NCBI GenBank assembly: GCA_011773845.1
Contig: WVWV01000033.1
Coordinates: 7,113-71,112, forward strand
DNA: 64,000 nt
Direction: 5' to 3'
Origin: Lysobacterales bacterium
GTDB taxonomy: Bacteria; Pseudomonadota; Gammaproteobacteria; Xanthomonadales; SZUA-36
Position numbers and translations under genes: made by a program. Of the stretch, positions 38,385-47,115 are shown piece by piece. Positions within the stretch are counted from its first letter, which is position 1. The number at the start of each line of letters is the position of its first letter. The notes under the pieces were generated by a model. That model was given only the letters and a program-made list of their open reading frames with translations, was not told where the DNA came from and made no database searches.

Positions 38385-39924
38385 CCACGACGCCCGCATC
38401 ATCGTCATCGGCGCCGGCCACAACGGCCTGGTGTGCGCCGCCTACCTGGCGCGAGCCGGCCACGAGGTGACGGTGCTGGAAGCGGCGGCCGAGCCGGGCG
38501 GTGCGGCCGTCACCCGCGAATTCGCACCCGGCTTCAGGGTTCCGGCCTGCGCACACCTGCTGTACCTGCTCGACGACGGCATCCGCAAGGAGCTGGCGCT
38601 GGACAAGCATGGCCTGCGCATGGCCCGCAGCGGGCTGGTCAGCATCGGCCTGGACCCGGACGGCGGCCACGTACGCATCGCCGGCGCCAGCGTCGGTGGT
38701 GTTGCGGATGCCGACCAGGAGGCCATGCAGGCCCATCACCGCCGCATGCGCCGTTTCGCCCACATCATCGGCCGGCTGCACAACCGTCAGCCGCCGCGAC
38801 TGGGCACGACCGATCGTCGCGACCTGGCCAGCCTGGCCCGGCTGGCACTGGACATCCGCACGCTCGGCCGCACCGAGATGCGCGAGTTCCTGCGCATCGC
38901 CGGCATCAACATTTACGACGTGCTCCAGGAGCGCTTCGAGAACCCGGTGCTGAAAGGGGCGCTCAGCCTGGACGCGGTGCTGGGCACCTTCCTGGGGCCA
39001 CGCTCCAACAACAGCGTGTTCTGCGCCCTGCACCGACTGAGCGGCGGCGGCGATTACGCCCTGCCCGCCGGCGGCATGGGCGCCGTCACCGCTGCCCTGG
39101 CCAGCGCCGCGCGCGAAGCCGGCGCGGAGATTCGCACCGGAAGCCCGGTGGCGCGGATCCTGGTCGATCACGACCGGGTCAGCGGCGTGGAGCTCGACGA
39201 CGGCGAATGGCTGCCAGCCGCGAAGGTGGTGTCCAGCGCCGACCCCAGGGCCACCTTGCATGGCCTGCTCGGCGCGCGCCACCTGGAGGCGGGTTTCGCG
39301 CACCGCGTGGGCAACATCCGCATGCGCGGCTGCGCGGCCAAGGTGCACCTGGCGCTGGACGGCATGCCGGAGTTCACCGGCCTGGACGCCGCCGGGGCCG
39401 GCGAACGCCTGTTGATCGCACCCAGCCTCGAGTACGTCGAGCGCGCATTCAACCACGCCAAGTACGGCGAGCACTCGGCCGCGCCGGTGGCGGAGATGAC
39501 GCTTCCGAGCCTGCACGACGACAGCCTGGCGCCGGCCGGACAGCACGTGCTGTCCGCGGTGGTGCAATGGGCGCCGCGGAATCTCAAGCAGGGCTGGGCA
39601 GACGCCCGCGCTGCCTTCCTGGATACCGTGATCGACACCATGGCGCGCTACGCGCCGGGCATACGGGAGCAGATCCTGCACGCGGAGCTGCTCACCCCGG
39701 AGGACATCGAACGCCAGTTCCGCATCACGGGTGGCCACTGGCATCACGGCGAATTGTCCCTGGACCAGTTCCTGATGATGCGCCCGGTACCGGGTGCGGG
39801 GCAGTACGCGACGCCGGTCCCCGGGCTGTGGTTGTGCGGCGCCGGCAGCCACCCGGGTGGCGGCGTCATGGGCAGCGCGGGGCGCAACGCGGCCCGCGCC
39901 ATAGTCGGCAGCAATCGGGAGTAG
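38377..39924 (+). CDS. CrtI/phytoene-desaturase-family NAD(P)/FAD-dependent oxidoreductase, copy 2
   Basis: ATG at 38377 overlaps the copy-1 end by 8 nt. Motifs 'ARIIVIGAGHNGLVCAAYLARAGHEVTVLEAAAEPGGAA' and C-terminal 'GLWLCGAGSHPGGGV'. Confidence 0.85.
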   Translation: MTDHDARIIVIGAGHNGLVCAAYLARAGHEVTVLEAAAEPGGAAVTREFAPGFRVPACAHLLYLLDDGIRKELALDKHGLRMARSGLVSIGLDPDGGHVRIAGASVGGVADADQEAMQAHHRRMRRFAHIIGRLHNRQPPRLGTTDRRDLASLARLALDIRTLGRTEMREFLRIAGINIYDVLQERFENPVLKGALSLDAVLGTFLGPRSNNSVFCALHRLSGGGDYALPAGGMGAVTAALASAAREAGAEIRTGSPVARILVDHDRVSGVELDDGEWLPAAKVVSSADPRATLHGLLGARHLEAGFAHRVGNIRMRGCAAKVHLALDGMPEFTGLDAAGAGERLLIAPSLEYVERAFNHAKYGEHSAAPVAEMTLPSLHDDSLAPAGQHVLSAVVQWAPRNLKQGWADARAAFLDTVIDTMARYAPGIREQILHAELLTPEDIERQFRITGGHWHHGELSLDQFLMMRPVPGAGQYATPVPGLWLCGAGSHPGGGVMGSAGRNAARAIVGSNRE

Positions 39925-39928
39925 CGAC

Positions 39929-41134
39929 ATGCGCACCGTGAGATTCGACCGCCGCGACCATTACCGGCACAAGGTCTTCCCCAGCCCGTTCCATGCCCGC
40001 CAGCAGGCGCACAACGAGCTCAAGGTGTGGTCGCGCTGGTTCGACTACCTGTCCGTGCCGGCCTACACCTGCGCGCAGATGGAGTATTTCGCCGGGCGCA
40101 ATGCCTGCGGCGTGTTCGACCTGACGCCGATGACCAAGCACCGGGTGAGCGGGCCCGACGCCCTGCCCTACCTGAACCGGCTGCTGACGCGGGATGTGGG
40201 CAAGATCCGGCCGGGGCGCGTCGGCTACAGCGTGTGGTGCACGGACGAGGGCCAGGTCATCGACGACGGCACCGTGTTCCACCTGCGCGAGGGGGAGTAT
40301 CGCATCTGCTCACAGGAGCACCAGATCGACTGGTTCCTGATCTCGGCCCTCGGCTTCGATGTCGAGGTCGTCGAGGAGACGCACGACGTGGCGGCGCTGG
40401 CCCTGCAGGGCCCGACCTCCTGCGCCACCCTCAAGCGCATGGGGCTGGACGGCATCGAGAACCTGACCCCGTTCGGCTTGGCCCATTTCGACTTCCAGGG
40501 CACCCAGCTGATGGTCTCGCGCACCGGTTACACCGGCGACCTGGGTTATGAGCTGTGGATCGATCCCGGCCACGCCGAACCGTTGTGGAACCGCCTGTTC
40601 GAGGCCGGGCGGCTGCTCGGCATCAAGCCGATGGGCTCCGAGGCGCTCGACCTGCTGCGCATCGAGGCGGGCTTCATTCTGGCGGGCGTCGATTTCATGC
40701 CGGCCCAGCAAACCGTGCGGCCCACCCACACGCGCACGCCGTTCGAGCTCGGCCTGGGGTGGCTGGTGGACTTCGACAAGCCCGTTTTCAACGGCCGGCG
40801 CGCCCTGCTCGCGGCCCGGGAACGGGGGCCGCGCTACCGGCTCGTCAGGCTGGACATCGAGGGCAACAAGCCCGCCCACCACTCCTACGTGTACTCGACC
40901 CGCAACAAGAACATCGGCTGGGTCACCTCCGCCATGTGGTCGCCCTCGGCCAAGGCCAACATCGCGCTGGCCACGGTAGCAGCGCCGCATGGCGAGCCCG
41001 GCGAGGAAATGCGGATCGAGATTTACTATCAGCGTGAACTGAAGTGGAGCCGCATGATGGCCAGCGCCCGGGTGGTGGAAGGCGCGTTCTACGACCCGCC
41101 ACGCCGGCGCGAAACGCCGCCCCTGGACCACTGA
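39929..41134 (+). CDS. Aminomethyltransferase (GcvT) family folate-binding protein, stand-alone
   Basis: 401 aa with 'VFDLTPMTKHRVSGPDA', 'VSRTGYTGDLGYELW' and 'EALDLLRIEAG'. GGGAG RBS lies upstream. Confidence 0.85.
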   Translation: MRTVRFDRRDHYRHKVFPSPFHARQQAHNELKVWSRWFDYLSVPAYTCAQMEYFAGRNACGVFDLTPMTKHRVSGPDALPYLNRLLTRDVGKIRPGRVGYSVWCTDEGQVIDDGTVFHLREGEYRICSQEHQIDWFLISALGFDVEVVEETHDVAALALQGPTSCATLKRMGLDGIENLTPFGLAHFDFQGTQLMVSRTGYTGDLGYELWIDPGHAEPLWNRLFEAGRLLGIKPMGSEALDLLRIEAGFILAGVDFMPAQQTVRPTHTRTPFELGLGWLVDFDKPVFNGRRALLAARERGPRYRLVRLDIEGNKPAHHSYVYSTRNKNIGWVTSAMWSPSAKANIALATVAAPHGEPGEEMRIEIYYQRELKWSRMMASARVVEGAFYDPPRRRETPPLDH

Positions 41135-41160
41135 GGCCAACCGGCGAAGCGGCCGCAGGC

Positions 41161-43245
41161 ATGGCCCATCGACTGGACCCCCTGCTGAAACCGGCTTCCA
41201 TCGCGGTGCTGGGCGCCAGCCAGCGCCCGGGCGTGGGGCAACAGGTCCTACGCAACCTCTTGCAGGGCGGCTTCGGGGGGCCACTGTATGCCGTCAACCC
41301 GGCTTACCGGGAAGTCTGCGGTGTACCCTGCTTTCCGTCGCTGGACGACCTACCGGAGCCCGTGGAGCACGTGGTGTTCGCCGTCAGCGACCCGCGCGTG
41401 GAGGCGGCGCTGGAACAGGTCATCGCGCACGGCGCCCGCGCTGCAACACTCATGTCGCAACTGGTGCTGGCCGACGATCCCGCACCGACCCTGCTCGAGC
41501 GCGTGCGCTCGCGCATCCTCGAGGCCGGCCTGCTGGTGTGCGGCGGCAACGCCCTGGGTTTCTACAACTGCCGGGACGGCGTGTGGGCCTGCGGCTTCGA
41601 CACGCGGGACAACCACCCCCGCGGCGGCCATGTCACGCTGATCAGCCAGTCCGGATCCGGCATGGCTGGCATCGTCGATTGCGAAGAGCGGATCGACTTC
41701 AACCTGGCGGTCTCCACCGGCCTGGAGCTGAGCGTCGGCCTGCACGATTACATGGATTTCGCCATCGAAGCCCACGCGCCGCGCGCGATCGGCCTGTTCA
41801 TGGAGACCGTGCGCGACCCGGCAGGCATGTGCGCGGTGCTGGACAAGGCGCAGCGGCGGAACGTGCCCGTGGTGGCGCTCAAGGTGGGCCGCACCGCACT
41901 GGCGGCCCGGCTGGCCTTGTCGCACTCCGGCGCCATTGCCGGCAGCGACGCCGCCTACCAGGCCCTGTTCGACCGCTACGGGGTGCAGCGCGTGCACGAC
42001 ATGGATGAGCTGGCGAGTGCGTTAATCATGTTCGCGCAACCGCACGAGGTGGCGCCGGGCGCCCTGGTCGCCATACACGACTCCGGCGGCGAGCGGCAGC
42101 TGCTGATCGACCTGGCCGATGCGATGGAGGTGCCCCTCACGGAGCTCGCGCCCGCCACCGCGCGCGCCCTCACCGAGCGGCTCGACCCGGGGCTGCCGCC
42201 GGTCAACCCGCTGGACGCCTGGGGCGCCGGCGGCCCGGACGCGGACGCCATCATGGAGGATTGCCTGGCAGCGCTGATGAGCGACCCGGGGGCGGCGCTG
42301 GGCGCGGTCATTCACGACCGCTCGCCGTTCGGGCGCATCTATCCAGCCTATATCGACTACCTGCGCAAGGCCCACGCCGCCACCGGCAAGCCGGTATTCC
42401 TGGTCGCAAACCGGCAGGGCACCGGCACCGACCCCGTCGTGGTCGAGGTGACGCGCGAGGGCTTTCCGGTGCTCGACGGCCTGCGCCCGTTCCTGGCGGG
42501 CGTCCGCTGCCTGCTGTCGGTGCGTGACTTCCGCGCCCGCACCCGCCCCGAGCTGCCCACTGTCGACCCAGAGGTGGCCGCGCGCTGGCGGGAGCGGCTG
42601 GCGGGCGGCGGCGCGCTGGACGAGGTTCGCTCGCTCGCCATGCTGGGCGACTTCGGGCTGCCCGTGAACCCCGCCCTGCCCGTCACCAGCCGCGAGGAAC
42701 TGCTGGCCGCCGCCGCGCGGCTCGGCTATCCGCTGGTGCTCAAGACCGCCAAGGCCGGCCTGCACCACAAGACGGAAGCTGGTGGGGTGCGGCTGGACCT
42801 GCCCGACGAGGCCGCCTTGCTGGACGCCTACGCCTCGTTGTGCGAGCGCGTGGGGCCGCAGGCGCTGGTGGCGCGCATGGTGCAGTCCCCTGGCCTGGAG
42901 TTGCTGCTCGGCATGGTCCGCGACGAACAGTTCGGGCCCCTGGTCACCCTGGGCTTCGGCGGCATCGACGTGGAGCAGATGCGGGATTTCGCCTGCGCAA
43001 TGCCGCCGTTCGACGCCGCCACCGCCCACCGGCTGCTGGCAACGCTGCACCGGAGCCGCATGCTGGCGGGCGGGCGGCGCATCGGCACCCCGGCAATTGA
43101 GGCATACTGCGAGATGGCCTCGCGCTTCTCGGTCATGGTGGACGCCCTGGCGGGGGTGCTGGAGGAGATCGACATCAACCCGGTGATCGTGCATGCCACG
43201 GGATGCATCGGCGTGGACGCGCTGGTGGTCGCGCGGCGATCATGA
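41161..43245 (+). CDS. ADP-forming acyl-CoA synthetase (acetate--CoA ligase family: CoA-binding + succinyl-CoA-synthetase-like + ATP-grasp domains)
   Basis: 694 aa with 'LLKPASIAVLGAS', 'TLISQSGS' and the C-terminal ATP-grasp motif 'GYPLVLK...GGV'. Start at ATG 41161, downstream of the gcvT-like stop. Confidence 0.85.
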   Translation: MAHRLDPLLKPASIAVLGASQRPGVGQQVLRNLLQGGFGGPLYAVNPAYREVCGVPCFPSLDDLPEPVEHVVFAVSDPRVEAALEQVIAHGARAATLMSQLVLADDPAPTLLERVRSRILEAGLLVCGGNALGFYNCRDGVWACGFDTRDNHPRGGHVTLISQSGSGMAGIVDCEERIDFNLAVSTGLELSVGLHDYMDFAIEAHAPRAIGLFMETVRDPAGMCAVLDKAQRRNVPVVALKVGRTALAARLALSHSGAIAGSDAAYQALFDRYGVQRVHDMDELASALIMFAQPHEVAPGALVAIHDSGGERQLLIDLADAMEVPLTELAPATARALTERLDPGLPPVNPLDAWGAGGPDADAIMEDCLAALMSDPGAALGAVIHDRSPFGRIYPAYIDYLRKAHAATGKPVFLVANRQGTGTDPVVVEVTREGFPVLDGLRPFLAGVRCLLSVRDFRARTRPELPTVDPEVAARWRERLAGGGALDEVRSLAMLGDFGLPVNPALPVTSREELLAAAARLGYPLVLKTAKAGLHHKTEAGGVRLDLPDEAALLDAYASLCERVGPQALVARMVQSPGLELLLGMVRDEQFGPLVTLGFGGIDVEQMRDFACAMPPFDAATAHRLLATLHRSRMLAGGRRIGTPAIEAYCEMASRFSVMVDALAGVLEEIDINPVIVHATGCIGVDALVVARRS

Positions 43246-43274
43246 TCCAATGACGACACATCGAGGTGAGAGAC

Positions 43275-44807
43275 ATGAGCCTGGCAAATCTGGAATCCTA
43301 CCAACGCACCGACTGGCAGCAGGCGGCCGACCGGGCCGGGGCCAACATCGAGACCCGCCTGTTCATCGACGGTGAATTCGTCGATGCCGCGGGCGGCGGG
43401 CGTTTCGACACCCTCAACCCCGCCACCGGCGAGGTGATTGCCTCGATGTCGGCAGGCACCGCGGCGGACATCGACCGGGCGGTGGCCGCGGCGCGCCGGG
43501 CGTTCCGTTCCGGCGTGTGGTCGCGCATGGCGCCGCGCCGGCGGATGGAGGTCCTGTACCGTTTCGCCGACCTGGTGGAGGCGCGCGCCGAGCAGCTGGC
43601 GGTGCTGGAAACGCTGGACATGGGCAAGCCCATCGCGGACGTGATCGGCGAAGACCTGCCGGCCGTGTGCCAGACGCTGCGCTTCATGGCCGAGTGCATC
43701 GACAAGGTCGACGGGGCGGTGACCAACACCGCGGACGACGTGGTGCACATGGTGTTGCGGGAGCCGCTGGGGGTGGTGGGCGCCATCTCGCCCTGGAACT
43801 ACCCGCTGCTGATGGCCACCTGGAAGATCGCGCCGGCCCTGGCGGCCGGCAACACGGTGGTGCTCAAGCCCGCCGAGCAATCGCCCCTCAGTTGCCTGCG
43901 GCTGGCGGAACTGTTCCTGGAGGCCGGCGGCCCCCCGGGGGTGTTCAACGTGGTCAATGGCATGGGCGAGGAGGCCGGCAAGGCGCTGGCCCTGCACCCG
44001 AACGTGGCCAAGATCAGCTTCACCGGCTCCACCGAGGTGGGCAAGCTGATCCTGCAGTACGCCGGCCAGTCCAACATGAAGCACGTCGGCCTGGAGTGCG
44101 GCGGCAAATCGCCGCAGCTGTTCATGGCTGACCTGCCGGACCTGGGCAGCGCGGTGGCGGCCGCCTACAACGGCGTGTTCGCCAACATGGGCGAGGTGTG
44201 CAGCGCCGGCTCGCGACTGCTGGTGGAGCGCCCCATCTACATGGACTTCATCGAGCGCTTCATCGCCGAGGGTCGTGACGCCTACGTGCCCGGCGACCCG
44301 CTGGACCCCGGCACCAACATGGGTCCGCTGGTCACCCGGAGCGACCAGCAGCGCGTGCTGGCAATGATCCAGGCCGGCCGGGACGAGGGGGCGACGCTGC
44401 ATTTCGGCGGCGACGTGCCGGCGGGACTGGAGCGAGGCGCCTTCGTCAACCCCACGCTGTTCGCGGACGTGAACAACGACATGACCATCGCGCGCCAGGA
44501 GATTTTCGGCCCGGTGGCCAGCGTGATTCCCTTCGACGGCGTGGACGAGGTGCTCGAAATCGCCAACGACACCATCTACGGCCTGGCGGCGGGCGTGTGG
44601 ACCCGCGACATCGACAAGGGCTTCCACCTCCTCAAGCGCATCGAGGCGGGGATCGTGTGGGTCAACTGCTACGAGGGGGGCGACATGACGCAGCCGTTTG
44701 GCGGCTACAAGCAGTCGGGCAATGCGCGTGACAAGTGCATCGACAGCTACAAGAGCTACACGCAGTCGAAATCGGCCTGGATCCAGCTCGCGGGTGGCCC
44801 GGGCTGA
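43275..44807 (+). CDS. NAD-dependent aldehyde dehydrogenase (PuuC-like branch), second copy
   Basis: Motifs 'SPWNYP', 'FTGSTEVG', 'LECGGKSP', 'EIFGPV' and 'PFGGYKQSGNARDK'. ATG 43275 is preceded by GAGGTGAGAG. Confidence 0.9.
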   Translation: MSLANLESYQRTDWQQAADRAGANIETRLFIDGEFVDAAGGGRFDTLNPATGEVIASMSAGTAADIDRAVAAARRAFRSGVWSRMAPRRRMEVLYRFADLVEARAEQLAVLETLDMGKPIADVIGEDLPAVCQTLRFMAECIDKVDGAVTNTADDVVHMVLREPLGVVGAISPWNYPLLMATWKIAPALAAGNTVVLKPAEQSPLSCLRLAELFLEAGGPPGVFNVVNGMGEEAGKALALHPNVAKISFTGSTEVGKLILQYAGQSNMKHVGLECGGKSPQLFMADLPDLGSAVAAAYNGVFANMGEVCSAGSRLLVERPIYMDFIERFIAEGRDAYVPGDPLDPGTNMGPLVTRSDQQRVLAMIQAGRDEGATLHFGGDVPAGLERGAFVNPTLFADVNNDMTIARQEIFGPVASVIPFDGVDEVLEIANDTIYGLAAGVWTRDIDKGFHLLKRIEAGIVWVNCYEGGDMTQPFGGYKQSGNARDKCIDSYKSYTQSKSAWIQLAGGPG

Positions 44808-44810
44808 AGC

Positions 44811-45632
44811 ATGGCGGCGGGCTCCGACTACCGGCTCATCCGCTACGCGGTGGAGCGTGGCGTGGCGCGGCTCACGCTCGACCGGCCGGACAAGCTCAAC
44901 GCCATCAACGCGCCGATGGTGGCGGAATTGAACCACGCGCTGGACCGCGCCGAGGCGGACGAGGGGGTGCGGGCAATCGTGCTGGACGGCGCGGGGCGGG
45001 CCTTCTCGGCGGGCTTCGACCTGCAGACCGAGGCCGACGCGGGCGATGCGGCGGCCCTGCGCCGGGAACTCGAAGCCGACCTCGCCATCATCATGCGCTT
45101 CTGGAACTGCCCCAAGCCGACGGTGGCCGCCGTGCACCAGTGGTGCCTCGGCAGCGCGATGGAGATGGCGCTGGCCTGCGATGTCACGGTGGCGGCAGCA
45201 GACTGTCGTTTCGGCGCGCCGGAAGTCCGCTTCGGCAGCGGCATCGTGTGCATGATCCTGCCGTGGCTGTGCGGGCCCAAGCGCGCCAAGGAACTGCTGT
45301 TGACCGGTAACGACCGGGTCAGCGCCGAGCAGGCCGAGGCCTGGGGGCTGGTCAACCGGGTCGTGCCGACCGACCGCCTGCAGCAGGAGGCGCTGGCGCT
45401 GGCGCGCGAGATCGCCGCCAACGACGCGCTGGCGGTGCGGCTGACCAAGCGGGCCGTCAACCGCGCCGCGGAACTGGCCGGCATGCCGGCGGCCCTGGCC
45501 GAGGCGCTGGCCCTCGACGTGGAGATCGAGAGCACCGAGACCGAGGAGTCGCGGGCCTTCAACGAGGTCCTCGAGCGCGAGGGGACGCGCGCGGCGATCG
45601 CCTGGCGCAACGCCCGCCTCGGCAACGAATGA
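44811..45632 (+). CDS. Enoyl-CoA hydratase/isomerase (crotonase) family protein
   Basis: 273 aa with 'LTLDRPDKLNAIN' and 'GAGRAFSAGFDL'. The start lies 3 nt after the ALDH stop. Confidence 0.9.
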   Translation: MAAGSDYRLIRYAVERGVARLTLDRPDKLNAINAPMVAELNHALDRAEADEGVRAIVLDGAGRAFSAGFDLQTEADAGDAAALRRELEADLAIIMRFWNCPKPTVAAVHQWCLGSAMEMALACDVTVAAADCRFGAPEVRFGSGIVCMILPWLCGPKRAKELLLTGNDRVSAEQAEAWGLVNRVVPTDRLQQEALALAREIAANDALAVRLTKRAVNRAAELAGMPAALAEALALDVEIESTETEESRAFNEVLEREGTRAAIAWRNARLGNE

Positions 45633-45649
45633 CACCTGGAGAGAAGCCC

Positions 45650-47023
45650 ATGGCAAAAGCACCATTGCAGCAGGAGCTCCAACAGTACCTGCAGGACCAC
45701 CCGGAGACCGTGAACCTGGAGTTGCTGATCACCGACATGAACGGCATCGTGCGCGGCAAGCGGGTCGGCCCGGAAGATTTTGCCAAGGCGTTCAAGAACG
45801 GGGTCAATTTCTGCGGCAGCACGGTGGTGATGGACACCCTGGGCCGGACTTTCGAGACGGTCGTGTACGGCGGCCATGATGGCGACCCGGACCTCAAGGC
45901 CATGGCCGTGCCGGGGACGCTGGCGCCCGTCCCCTGGGCCAGCCGGCCCAGCGGACAGGTGCTGCTGGAATTGCTGGACCTGGAATCGCGGCCGATGTTC
46001 TTCGACCCGCGCAACGTGCTCCGGCGCGCCCTGCAACCGCTTGCCGAAGCGGGCCTGCGGCCGGTGCTGGCCACCGAGCTGGAGTTCTACCTGGTGGAGC
46101 ACGACGGCGAGGCCTTCCGGCCGCGCGCCGCGCGCATCCCGGGCACGGACCTGCCGCAGGTGGGCCAGCAGTACGCCATCATGGAGGACCTGTACGAGAT
46201 CGACGACTTCCTCCGCGGCCTGGAGCAGGCCTGCGCGGCGCAGAACATACCGGCCGGCGCCACCCTGTCGGAATATTCGCCGGCCCAGTTCGAGATCAAC
46301 CTGCATCACGTCGACGACCCGGTGCTGGCCTGCGACCACGCGGTGATGCTGAAGCGCGCGGTGAAGGCGGTGGCCCGCCAGCACGGGCTGGCGGCGACCT
46401 TCATGGCCAAGCCGTTTCCCGACATTGCCGGCAGCGGACTGCATGTCCACCTCAGCCTGCTGGATGCGGACGGCAACAACGTGTTTGCCGGCGAGTGCGC
46501 CGACGGCCCCTTCTCGGACACCCTGCGCCACGCCATCGGCGGGCTGCGCGACATCATGGCCGAGAGCATGGCCATCTACTCGCCCAACGCCAACTCCTAC
46601 CGGCGTTACGCGCCCTGGTCGTACGTGCCGACGACGCCCAACTGGGGCCTCAACCACCGCAGCCTGGCGCTGCGCATCCCGCTGTCGGGCCCGGCCAACA
46701 CCCGCGTCGAGCACCGCGTGGCGGGCGCCGATGCCAACCCCTACCTGGTGGTGGCCACATTGCTGGCGGGCATCCATCACGGCATCACCCGCGAGGTCGA
46801 TCCCGGGCGCATGGTGCAGACCGGCGAGGTGGTCGAGCACGAGGTGACCTTGCCCATCCGCTGGCCGCTGGCGCTGGACGCCTTCGATGCCGGCAGCCTG
46901 CTGCCCGGCTACCTGGGGGAGGACTACCACCAGCTGTTCTCGGCCTGCCGGCGGGAGGAGGAAGGCCAGTTCCACGCCCAGATCACCAACCGCGATTTCG
47001 AGTGGTACCTGCGCGCGGTGTGA
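45650..47023 (+). CDS. Glutamine-synthetase-family gamma-glutamyl-amine ligase (PuuA/PauA-like)
   Basis: Motifs 'ELEFYL', 'SPAQFEIN', 'KPF...GSGLHVHLSL' and 'NSYRR'. ATG 45650 has GGAGAG upstream. ATG 45629, overlapping the upstream stop as ATGA, is an alternative. Confidence 0.9.
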   Translation: MAKAPLQQELQQYLQDHPETVNLELLITDMNGIVRGKRVGPEDFAKAFKNGVNFCGSTVVMDTLGRTFETVVYGGHDGDPDLKAMAVPGTLAPVPWASRPSGQVLLELLDLESRPMFFDPRNVLRRALQPLAEAGLRPVLATELEFYLVEHDGEAFRPRAARIPGTDLPQVGQQYAIMEDLYEIDDFLRGLEQACAAQNIPAGATLSEYSPAQFEINLHHVDDPVLACDHAVMLKRAVKAVARQHGLAATFMAKPFPDIAGSGLHVHLSLLDADGNNVFAGECADGPFSDTLRHAIGGLRDIMAESMAIYSPNANSYRRYAPWSYVPTTPNWGLNHRSLALRIPLSGPANTRVEHRVAGADANPYLVVATLLAGIHHGITREVDPGRMVQTGEVVEHEVTLPIRWPLALDAFDAGSLLPGYLGEDYHQLFSACRREEEGQFHAQITNRDFEWYLRAV

Positions 47024-47061
47024 GCCGGCGGGCGACTCGAGCCCCCGCCTGACCGCGCAGG

Positions 47062-47096
47062 CAAAAAAAGGCCCGGCATTGCCGGGCCTTTGTTGA
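47062..47096. terminator. Bidirectional rho-independent terminator between convergent genes
   Basis: Perfect 8-bp GC stem GGCCCGGC-ATT-GCCGGGCC (47070-47088), flanked by A7 upstream and TTTGTT downstream. Confidence 0.7.
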
Positions 47097-47115
47097 TGGC
47101 TATTTACTCAGTGGC

